From Candidatus Korarchaeum cryptofilum OPF8 (GTDB lineage Archaea; Korarchaeota; Korarchaeia; Korarchaeales; Korarchaeaceae), in assembly GCF_000019605.1 (NCBI RefSeq), contig NC_010482.1, forward strand, positions 720,001-752,000: a DNA stretch of 32,000 bases, given 5' to 3'. A model generated the notes under the pieces. The model was not told the DNA's origin. It worked only from the letters and a program-made list of their open reading frames with translations, and did no database searches. How positions within the stretch are numbered: position 1 is the stretch's first letter; every line of letters starts with the position of its first letter. Both the position numbers and the translations under genes were made by a program. This document shows, one piece after another, positions 17,709 through 25,435 of the stretch.

Positions 17709-17952
17709 GGGTGAAAGTACCTCCGTCGTGCATATATCTTTTGTGCTCAGTAATCAGCTGCCTCCATTTACCCGGATCTATGGAGGAGTTCATCTCTACG
17801 CGTATAAGGGCTTTGGAAATTACCAAATCCCCTCCGAGGCCTCAGGCCCCCCTTCGCATTACTATATCCATCCATTACTCCCGCAAGAGCCTTGAGAAAT
17901 TTTAACTGCACTCTACTTTCCATCAAATGGTTTAAAATGGACTTCCCAACGA

Positions 17953-18363
17953 TCATTCCGATCCTATCCAGATCCTCTTCACTCCCTCTACTTTGTCGAA
18001 ATCCTCATCCTCACTGACAATCAGCTTTATTCCGTTGCTCCTCATCGCCCCAATATGTATCGCATCCGATGGCCTGAGGCCCATTTTAATCGCTTCTACA
18101 GCATAGTTATATTCCTCCTCCCCTATGCTCAACAGAGTCACATAAGGTAGGACTACGGACCTCACGAACTCTATTGAGAGCTCATATGGGACGCCATATT
18201 TTCTCCTGCTCACGTAAATCAGCTCATCTAAGATTAAAATATCTGTATAAGCCCTATATTTGACCAGGATATCCAAGTAGAAGTTCTCATAGGAGGATCT
18301 GAGCTCCCTGCTCTCCACCGTATTGAGGTAGATCAGGAGGGGGGCATCAATAAATGTCTTCAT
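17953..18363 (-). CDS. vapC: PIN-domain toxin VapC
   Basis: MKTFIDAPLLIY..., LDELIY, SDAIHIG and VSEDEDFD supply the four conserved acidic positions. It overlaps the upstream AbrB gene by 17 nt. Confidence 0.8.
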   Translation of the reverse strand: MKTFIDAPLLIYLNTVESRELRSSYENFYLDILVKYRAYTDILILDELIYVSRRKYGVPYELSIEFVRSVVLPYVTLLSIGEEEYNYAVEAIKMGLRPSDAIHIGAMRSNGIKLIVSEDEDFDKVEGVKRIWIGSE

Positions 18364-18628
18364 TCTCGAACTCCTCCTCCAGATATGACCTCGCTAGCTC
18401 ACCTGGTTTCGGTTCCTTCCTTCCCTCTATCTCCTTCAGATTTTCTAGATGTCTCCTGAGGGCATCCCTGAGTTTATCGGCATCGGCTCTGCCCTTCACA
18501 GGTCTGAGGATTATTCCATCTCCGACTTCAACTAGCACCTCATCCCCCTCCTCTATGCCAACAGCCTCCCTTATCGCCTTCGGGAGGATCAAATATCCCT
18601 TCCTCCCAACCTTAAGGCGGAGAGTCAA
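18347..18628 (-). CDS. vapB: AbrB/SpoVT-type antitoxin VapB
   Basis: LKVGRKGYLILPKAIREAVGIEEGDEVLVEV is a swapped-hairpin AbrB motif. TTG start. Confidence 0.8.
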   Translation of the reverse strand: MTLRLKVGRKGYLILPKAIREAVGIEEGDEVLVEVGDGIILRPVKGRADADKLRDALRRHLENLKEIEGRKEPKPGELARSYLEEEFENEDIY

Positions 18629-18645
18629 ACCGATCCACCTATAGT

Positions 18646-18657
18646 TTAACTAGTTAA
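18646..18657. promoter_or_regulatory. 12-bp perfect palindrome TTAACTAGTTAA at the vapBC promoter
   Basis: It lies between the TATA box (minus strand TTTATATAGC, 18658-18667) and the vapB start at 18628. Candidate autoregulatory operator. Confidence 0.4.
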
Positions 18658-18865
18658 GCTATATAAAGTTGATTCGAGAAAATGGGAATGGGGTGCCTTA
18701 GAGACATGGGGGATGAATTTTGAGATTCTGGCTGGATGAGAAAAGACTCTATTGGAAGTTCATAAACTCATCTATTGCGAGGCCCCATTATTTTTGGATA
18801 GCGTATCCGCAGCTAACTTAATCGGATCTCATCAAGTTTTTAGTTGAAGATAGAGGGATATTCGC

Positions 18866-19248
18866 GTGAGGACCGAGGTCCTATGGTGGCTTGAACAGGC
18901 TAAGAGGGACTTAAGGATGGCCGAGGAGCTGTTGAAGCTAGGGTTCTTTGAAGGGGCCGCATATCACTCCCATCAAGCCGGGGAGAAAGCCCTTAAAGCA
19001 TTAGTAATAAAGAAGGGAGGCTATCACTTGACTCATTCATGCAAGTTCCTCCTCGATCAGCTCAAAGTCCAGAAAATGGATGTAGATGAGGTATACAGTG
19101 ATGCGAAGGAGCTTATCCATTATATGACCTCGAGATATCCGAATGCAGCAGCGCTCCTCCTTATGAGCTTTACGATGAACAGAAGGCCAGGGAACTGGTG
19201 AACAGAGCGAGAAAGCTCGTGGACTTCGCAGAGAGGAACCTGATATGA
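18866..19248 (+). pseudogene. HEPN-domain protein (PF05168-like) with one frameshift
   Basis: Track ORF 18866-19201 (AAYHSHQAGEKALKALV...SRYPNAA). Its expected C-terminus APPYELYDEQKARELVNRARKLVDFAERNLI is in another frame from ~19150. That frame ends in TGA 19246-19248, overlapping the MNT start (ATGA). Confidence 0.7.
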
Positions 19249-19640
19249 GCTTAATGAGGGCCATATTGAAGCTTTTGAACGAGATTCCCATCAAAATAAA
19301 CTCGGCTGTTCTCTTCGGCTCCCTAGCGAGGGGAGAGGGCCTCCCATGGAGCGATGTCGACCTACTGCTCATATCCGGGGACTTCTCTGGGATGAGAGGA
19401 GAGGATAGAATACGCCTTTTGCTCGATAAATGGGATTATATGAGACCTTTAGAGCCAATTTGTTTATCTCCTGAAGAAATATCTGAGGAAAATCCTCTCA
19501 TATGGGAGATCTGTAGAGATGGAATTCCCATCGTGGATGATGGGACCTTCCGGGAGCTGAGGGAGAGGTGCATCAAACTCTTAGAGAGGAGGAAGATCGA
19601 GAGGAGGTGGTACGGATACCTGACCTCCTCCCCACCCTGA
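19245..19640 (+). CDS. Minimal nucleotidyltransferase (MNT, NTP_transf_2)
   Basis: AVLFGSLARGEGLPWSDVDLLLIS carries the GS...D.D catalytic motif. Confidence 0.8.
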   Translation: MSLMRAILKLLNEIPIKINSAVLFGSLARGEGLPWSDVDLLLISGDFSGMRGEDRIRLLLDKWDYMRPLEPICLSPEEISEENPLIWEICRDGIPIVDDGTFRELRERCIKLLERRKIERRWYGYLTSSPP

Positions 19641-19882
19641 AGTGCTCCTTCAGGGAGCTCGGCTCCCCTCAGCTGTTCGGGGTTGCATCCGATTTAACTT
19701 CGAGCATCCACCTTTCGATATCGAATAACCCATATTCGAACTTCAGCAGCTTCACATCTCCTCCCTAGAGATAATTCCCGCTCCTCAGCCTTCTTCAATG
19801 CTTCTTCCATTATGACAGCTAGATGATTTTAAAAAGGTTATAAAGGTCATCCAATCCATTAAGATGGACCGCGAGTATTGGC

Positions 19883-20245
19883 CTATGTGCCTATCAGCTT
19901 CTCCTTCAACAAGTTTATTATATCAGATTTTATGGACGATACCTCCTGCTTCAGCAGCCTCACTTCTTCCTTCAGGTCGTCTATCCTCTTGTTAAGGGAG
20001 GTGTTTAGATCGTCTATCCTCCTATTCGTATCATCTATCCTTTTGTTAAGAGAAGCGCCCAAGTCGTCTATCCTCCTATTGAGGGATTCGTTCATAATCT
20101 CCATTCTCCTGTTCATCTGATCCAGAAGGAGAATTATAACCTCGGTGTCAGTCAGCCTTTTTCCCTCTGTAAGTTTCCTAGCTATCCTTTCGGATGCCTG
20201 CTTGAGCGCCTCCTCCAGCACTGATGTGATGATAGCCTCGGTCAC
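19883..20245 (-). CDS. Coiled-coil protein with [KR]RIDD tandem units, paralog A
   Basis: 120 aa. GTG start 22 nt downstream of ATATTTATAT (20268-20277). About 88% nt identity to paralog B in the flanking parts, by eye. Confidence 0.7.
   Translation of the reverse strand: MTEAIITSVLEEALKQASERIARKLTEGKRLTDTEVIILLLDQMNRRMEIMNESLNRRIDDLGASLNKRIDDTNRRIDDLNTSLNKRIDDLKEEVRLLKQEVSSIKSDIINLLKEKLIGT
19976..20120. repeat. In-frame 21/33-nt tandem repeats, core GTCTATCCTCYTRTT
   Basis: Four RIDD units plus one diverged unit (RRMEIMNESL). Confidence 0.8.
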
Positions 20246-20516
20246 AGGAGGAGTTGCCGAGAGGAGAATATAAATATGAGGGGAAGCTCTTAGCGATATC
20301 TATCGGTTGCAGCGTAATGGATTAAAACTATTGCTGGCATCGTCGAAGTCCTATAGAGCGCAGCGATCAGCTGTTTATCTATAGACCGGTGAGCCCCTAA
20401 AAGGGGGAAAGCTGTTGAATGGAGCTCCGACTATACTTGCAGTGCATCTTTAGAAGGATACTGCCGAGCTGTACGGGTAGTGGAAGCTTTAATAGAGATC
20501 GCTTCACCTTAACCGC

Positions 20517-20816
20517 GTGGGGATCGCATATATTCTTGAGATGAGAGTGGAAAAGGGCTGGCTAAAGCTGATAAGGAGGTTCGAGGAGATATTGAGGGAG
20601 AGAATCGGTGACAGGATCGTGAGGATAATAGCCAGATCCTCGCCGGAAGATCTGATCTATGGAAGCAATGTTGCAGTTGTTGTGGAGAGAGCAGATACCG
20701 ATCTGACCAGGGAGGTGAGCAGAGCTGCTCTAGATGCGATGGAAGAAGTGGGAATGGAGGGGTTGAGCCCGATAACGATATCTGAGGGGGATCCGATGGA
20801 GCATGAGTTTGGATAA
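20517..20816 (+). CDS. MNT-like protein with degenerate active site
   Basis: Its position and size fit a MNT upstream of a HEPN, with a 14-nt overlap. IVRIIARSSPEDLIYGSNVAVVVE occupies the place of LFGSxARG...DxD, but the catalytic residues are not conserved. Confidence 0.4.
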   Translation: MGIAYILEMRVEKGWLKLIRRFEEILRERIGDRIVRIIARSSPEDLIYGSNVAVVVERADTDLTREVSRAALDAMEEVGMEGLSPITISEGDPMEHEFG

Positions 20817-21153
20817 AGTTAGATCCCTCTTAAATCAGGCGGAGGACATAAAGGTAGCGTGTTACGATAAGTGCATCAGCTCCTCCTACTTCTCCTGCAG
20901 GATGATGGTGGAGATATTCCTGAGGAGCATGGGGATAGGGCAGCTACCGAGGAGGGATGATAAGCTTGCAAATCTGCTGAGAAATCAGGGATTAAGGGAG
21001 GAGGCTGATACTCTCCTCTTCCTATATGATATGAGGAAGAAAGCTGATTACGGATGGAGCATAGCGGGAAAGGAGGAGGCCGAGGAATCCTTGAAGGCAG
21101 CGAAGAGTTTAATAAGCTCTATCTCGGGAAGAATGAAGTTGAAGCTAATTTAA
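20803..21153 (+). CDS. HEPN-domain protein
   Basis: Helical protein of 116 aa. LYDMRKKADYGWS...EEAEESLKAAKSLIS matches the HEPN R-x-x-A-D-Y region and C-terminal helix. Confidence 0.6.
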   Translation: MSLDKVRSLLNQAEDIKVACYDKCISSSYFSCRMMVEIFLRSMGIGQLPRRDDKLANLLRNQGLREEADTLLFLYDMRKKADYGWSIAGKEEAEESLKAAKSLISSISGRMKLKLI

Positions 21154-21286
21154 GGCCGGGAAAAGCGTACTCAAGCATGGCTCTAGCTCTCTGGTAGCTC
21201 ATTGGCTATGGTCATATTTTGCTTCACTCCTGGCATTGTAATATGCTCACCATATTAAATATGAGCGAGAAACGAAAAAAGTGTTT

Positions 21287-21688
21287 TTATGGCCCTCCAG
21301 TGCCTGTCAGCCTCTCCTTCGACAGGTTTATTATATCAGATTTTATGGATGATACCTCCTGCCTCAGCAACTTCACTTCCTCCTTCAGGTCGTCTATCTT
21401 CCTATTCATATCGTCTATTCTCTTATTCGTATCATCTATCCTCTTGTTGAGGGAAGCGCTCAGGTCGTCTATCCTCCTGTTGAGGGAGGTGTTTAGATCG
21501 TCTATCCTCCTATTCGTATCGTCTATCCTCTTATTAGTATCGTCTATCCTCTTGTTTATCTGGTCGAGGAGGAGGATTATTACATCGATGCTAGTGAGCT
21601 TCTTCCCCTCAGTTATCTTCTTCGCTATCCTCTCGGATGCCTGCCTGAGTGCCTCCTCCAGGACTGATGCGACTACAGCTTCTGCCAC
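21287..21688 (-). CDS. Coiled-coil protein with [KR]RIDD tandem units, paralog B
   Basis: 133 aa. GTG start 22 nt downstream of ATATTTATAT (21711-21720). Seven RIDD/KIDD units. Confidence 0.7.
   Translation of the reverse strand: MAEAVVASVLEEALRQASERIAKKITEGKKLTSIDVIILLLDQINKRIDDTNKRIDDTNRRIDDLNTSLNRRIDDLSASLNKRIDDTNKRIDDMNRKIDDLKEEVKLLRQEVSSIKSDIINLSKERLTGTGGP
21390..21565. repeat. In-frame 21/33-nt tandem repeats, same core as 19976-20120
   Basis: Repeated gtcgtctatcctc... units read directly from the sequence. Confidence 0.8.
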
Positions 21689-22012
21689 AGGGGAAGCTGC
21701 TGAATGAGGGATATAAATATTGTGGGGAGAGAGCTGAGCAAGATCTATGAAAAGCTAATAATAGAGGTATATTCTAAAGGGAGATCAATAAAGAGGATTG
21801 GTCGCTGATGAAAAAGTAAAGTCTGTCAGGGCCCTTCCTTTTTCCAAAAGTATGTAAGTTCGTAGATAATGAACGATGCTAGTTTCACCGAGTCTGATGA
21901 GATCCAGCGCCTTAGAAGCAGTTGGAGATATAGTTCACAAGATCCGATATTATCGCGTAAGTATTTATTATCAGCTCTCTGGTATATTTCTCCCGAGGGT
22001 ATACATCAAATT

Positions 22013-22177
22013 TCAGATTTCTACCCCTTCTCCTGAGCTCTGTCCAGGATCTCTCACTCTCAACATAAGGGCTCCTTCAACAACTTCAAGTTCTACTGTT
22101 CCTTCCTCAATCCCCAGCCTCTCACGCATCCTCTTGGGAATAACTATAGCGCCTCATCTGCCGATAGGCACCTTCAT
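22013..22177 (-). pseudogene. AbrB/SpoVT-type antitoxin with in-frame TGA at codon 8
   Basis: MKVPIGR-TGA(22154-22156)-GAIVIPKRMRERLGIEEGTVELEVVEGALMLRV. No recognisable toxin gene follows it. Confidence 0.55.
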
Positions 22178-22376
22178 GGTCTTCAGATATTAAATACAGA
22201 CTGAATAAAAAGTTATCTGAAAATTTATCCAAGAAACTGAATATTAAGCTGAGATGGAACCATTTTCGTTGTTTTTTCATGGAAATCTCCAGCGACTTTG
22301 GTTGATTTTAGCGGAGGAATCGACTAATTCATCCATGTAATCACTTTTATTTTATAACCTCTGAGTATTGGGAACC

Positions 22377-22737
22377 ATGATTCCCAGAAGCGAAGTTCGG
22401 AGGATGGAGAAGCCCGGTGGGTCCTCGTCTTCGGGAGGAGGAAAACGGGAAAAACCTACATGCTTAAACGCATGATAATTACTTCTTCGTGACTAGAGGT
22501 GGCCTCATCCTGCACGAGGAGCATCTCCCATATCCAGTGTTCGAGGAGCGCATCAAGGACCTCCTGCTCAGGGATACAACTATAGTCGTGGACGAATTCC
22601 AGAGGCCCCCGGAGAGGTTTCTCGATCTCCTCCATTATCACAGCCCAGACTCGAGGGTAAAGCTGAGGGGAGCCAGGATAAGAGGATTTTGGAAGCTCTT
22701 GGATGAGGATAAAGCTAGAGGCAGCGTGAACGCTTGA
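22377..22737 (+). pseudogene. Fragmented Arch_ATPase-type ATPase
   Basis: The P-loop WVLVFGRRKTGKTYMLKR (from 22418) sits in one frame and ends in a stop. Walker B TIVVDEFQRPPERFLDLL is in track ORF 22489-22737. The whole is far shorter than the intact family. Confidence 0.5.
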
Positions 22738-22816
22738 TATTTTTAAATCCCGATGGCCTACCTTTACGCCTCGAGAAATTAATATCGCATCCCTCCAGTT
22801 TATTGATGGAGAGGCT

Positions 22817-23806
22817 ATGATGTGCAGGGTCGGAGTCCTCTTCGGGCCCCAGCTGACCCTATACTCATTCGGACCGCATCATCCGATGAACTCCTCCAGG
22901 ATAATGAAGTTCTACGAGCTCCTTCCTGGGGATTTCGTGCTCCTAGATCCCGTTATGGCTGGGGAGGAGGAGATAGCTCTATTCCATAGCAGGGATTACA
23001 TAGAGTTCGTGAAGAGTATGTCTGAGAGGGGATCCGGCTACTTAGATTACGGGGATACTCCAGCTTTCAAGGGAGTTTATGAGGCCTCAGCTTACGTCGT
23101 GGGGTCCACCCTCAGAGCCCTAGATTCCGTGCTCAGGGGAGAGGTGGATCACGCTTTCAACCCAATGGGAGGGCTCCATCACGCGAGGAGGGGATCTGCC
23201 GCGGGCTTCTGCGTCTTCAACGATATAGGGGTCTTATTTGAGGCAGCTAGGAGGAGGGGGCTTCGTAAAATACTCTACATAGATATAGATGCCCATCACG
23301 GGGATGGAGTTTACTACGAGTACGAGGAGGATCCCGAGGTGTTCATAGTCGATGTCCATGAGGACGGGAGGTACCTCTACCCCGGGACCGGGTTCGAGTG
23401 GGAGAGGGGGAAGGGGGAAGCCGAGGGGACTAAGCTGAATATCTCGCTCAAGCCCGGGGATGGTGATTCTGAATTCCTAGCTAGGTTTGAGGAAGCCAGG
23501 GAGTTCATGGAGGGGATAAGCCCGGACTTAGTCGTACTGCAGTGCGGAGGGGATTGCTTGGATGGCGATCCCATAACTCACTTGAGGTGCAGCCCCAGGG
23601 TACACAGGGAGGTCGCGAGGGTCGCGCATGAGGTAGCGCATAGGAAGGCGAGCGGCAGGCTGGTGGCCCTGGGGGGAGGAGGGTATAACCCTGAGAGAGT
23701 CGCATCAGCCTGGATAGATGTGATAAGGGAGATGAGCAAGGATTGGAGAACTTCTCTGCACGAGGACTCCGGTAGCCCTTTTCACGGAGGAGAAGATAGG
23801 GGGTAA
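22817..23806 (+). CDS. Histone deacetylase/AcuC/acetylpolyamine amidohydrolase family protein
   Basis: GGLHHARRGSAAGFCVFNDIGV and YIDIDAHHGDGV are the HDAC catalytic and Zn motifs. Confidence 0.85.
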   Translation: MMCRVGVLFGPQLTLYSFGPHHPMNSSRIMKFYELLPGDFVLLDPVMAGEEEIALFHSRDYIEFVKSMSERGSGYLDYGDTPAFKGVYEASAYVVGSTLRALDSVLRGEVDHAFNPMGGLHHARRGSAAGFCVFNDIGVLFEAARRRGLRKILYIDIDAHHGDGVYYEYEEDPEVFIVDVHEDGRYLYPGTGFEWERGKGEAEGTKLNISLKPGDGDSEFLARFEEAREFMEGISPDLVVLQCGGDCLDGDPITHLRCSPRVHREVARVAHEVAHRKASGRLVALGGGGYNPERVASAWIDVIREMSKDWRTSLHEDSGSPFHGGEDRG

Positions 23807-23858
23807 GAGATCCCATCTGGCTAGGTGAGGACAGAAAATGACCTTCTCTCCATGATCA

Positions 23859-24262
23859 TTAACGCGGGCGAACTCTCCTTATTAGAATCAGAATGAAAAT
23901 CAGCACTACAGCCGATACTATCAGCGGCGTTGTAAGATCATGCCTCCATCTAGCCTTTATGAGCTTAGGAGAGTCTACTGTAAGGTTCAGCTTGGCTGAT
24001 GTGGATTCAACATCCCCTGTCCATCCCTCAAATACATACTTTCCGCCAAGAATCCAGAGATAGGGATCAGGAGCGGATTCCTCAACCGAGATATTCGCTT
24101 TCGACCCGGCAATATACCAACCACTCCCTTTTGGAATCCCATAGGGGGATGTAACATTAACTAGAAATGCGACTGGGAGATCATTTTCCTCTAACCGATA
24201 TAGATGACCAGATACTCCTCAGTTATCTCCCTCAGGAATCCCATGTGGAGTATAAATCCACA
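23859..24262 (-). pseudogene. Start-less C-terminal remnant of a membrane-anchored surface protein
   Basis: The minus frame reads ...YTPHGIPEGDN-TGA(24219-24221)-GVSG...SPYGIPKGSGWYIAGSKANISV...YVFEGWTGDVESTSAKLNLTVDSPKLIKARW. This is InlB-B-repeat-like logic. A C-terminal TM segment follows (LIVSAVVLIFILILI-RRVRPR). No start codon. Confidence 0.45.
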
Positions 24263-24438
24263 GATACTTATAAAGTCTGTGGAATTGCAGGCAACAAGTG
24301 ATATGGAAGGATTTTATGGAATAGAAGAATTAGTAGAGCGATCATTCAAGAAGAGCAGATATTCTTCAGTTGAAATTGCGCAGATTGTGATAACTCTCCC
24401 GCTATTGAGAGCTTTCTCCCCATGAATGTGTTTCGCTA

Positions 24439-25115
24439 CTATATGTCTATCCCCGCTTTTATAAGAGCCCTCTTTATCCTCTCAACCTCCTCCTCAAGTC
24501 TTTTGAATCTCTCCTCCAGCAGATAAGTCATATTGTCCAGTTTCGATGATATGAGCTTGGTGCTGGACGATATCTTCTCCCTAGTCTTTCTTCCCTCCTC
24601 CCTAATGGCTCTTATTGTCTCGTCCTGCTTCCTTAACATTCCATCTTGTTTCTCCAGCATCGTATCCATCTTCCTTAGCATCTCATCCTGCTTCTCCAAC
24701 ATTCTATCCATTTTTCCGGACATTTCATCCTGCTTACTTAGCATTTCATCCTGCTTTTCCAACATCGAGTCCTGTTTCTTCAACATCTGACCTCCATAAG
24801 TCGCTATCTTCTCGAGCTGAAGGGCCGTAAGGTACCTGTAGTAGCTCTCTATCTCCATCACACTCCCCGAGTAATCCTCAACCTGAATGCTCTCAACGAC
24901 AGCGGCTTCAGGTTTCTTCCTCTCAATTAGGTCGATAAATGCGGAAACCTTGTCCTCTGAGGAGTCTAGAAGTATCTCAACAGCTTGCTTGCCATCCAAC
25001 AATATGTTATCGGCGTAAAACCTCTCTATCCCTAGAAATCCTGCGATGCCGAGGAGGAAGGGCCTGTAGCCGCATCATGCACATTTCCCGTTATGACGAT
25101 CCTCTTCCTCGGCAT
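24439..25115 (-). pseudogene. Acylphosphatase-like domain + MLEKQDE heptad-repeat coiled coil, one frameshift
   Basis: ATG 25115 gives MPRKRIVITGNVHDA. After an apparent 1-nt loss (~25068-25075) the frame continues GYRPFLLGIAGFLGIERFYADNILLDGKQAVEILLD... into track ORF 24439-25002. This pattern is like V.G.VQGVGFR...G.V.N..DG.VE. Confidence 0.6.
24616..24786. repeat. Eight in-frame 21-nt tandem units (CATYTCATCCTGCTTYTCCAA-like)
   Basis: Unit boundaries at 24637/24658/24679/24700/24721/24742/24763, read directly. They encode ML[ERS]KQD[EG] heptads. Confidence 0.8.
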
Positions 25116-25435
25116 CGATTGAATAGGTGAGCAGAGAATTTAATAGTTAACAGTCTCAGATCTTAACATACTTCAACTGGAGTCGTATTCTTTGGTGAGG
25201 ATCGTGAAGCCTTCTCATAGCTTAGGGGAACCCGGCCTCAGAGTAGTTTCTATATTGAAGGGATCCGAGAATAATTGCCTTTGAACCCCCATAATTAAGA
25301 GAAAATGGTCTCTTTAGACCGGGAAAAGATAATTATTTTGCTATAAATGCATATAAGAATGGATATTGATTCACTTAATTATTCAGTTAAGTTAAAAATA
25401 ATGGATATAAAGTTTAGCTGGATCTCCACCTGGAG

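Noticed and set aside
19976-21565. Tandem 21/33-nt repeats as a possible CRISPR array or minisatellite
   Set aside because: The repeats are contiguous with no unique spacers. They are multiples of 3 nt and stay in frame within ORFs that have conserved non-repetitive termini. They are coding peptide repeats.
24204-24425. Plus-strand ORF of 73 aa, and other short ORFs (14300-14509, 17428-17895, 17711-17905, 21219-21707, 21876-22193, 23377-23816, 29211-29459, 29821-30336)
   Set aside because: Each is antisense to, or out of frame with, a better-supported gene or remnant, or is a repeat-driven shadow. I recognised no motifs.
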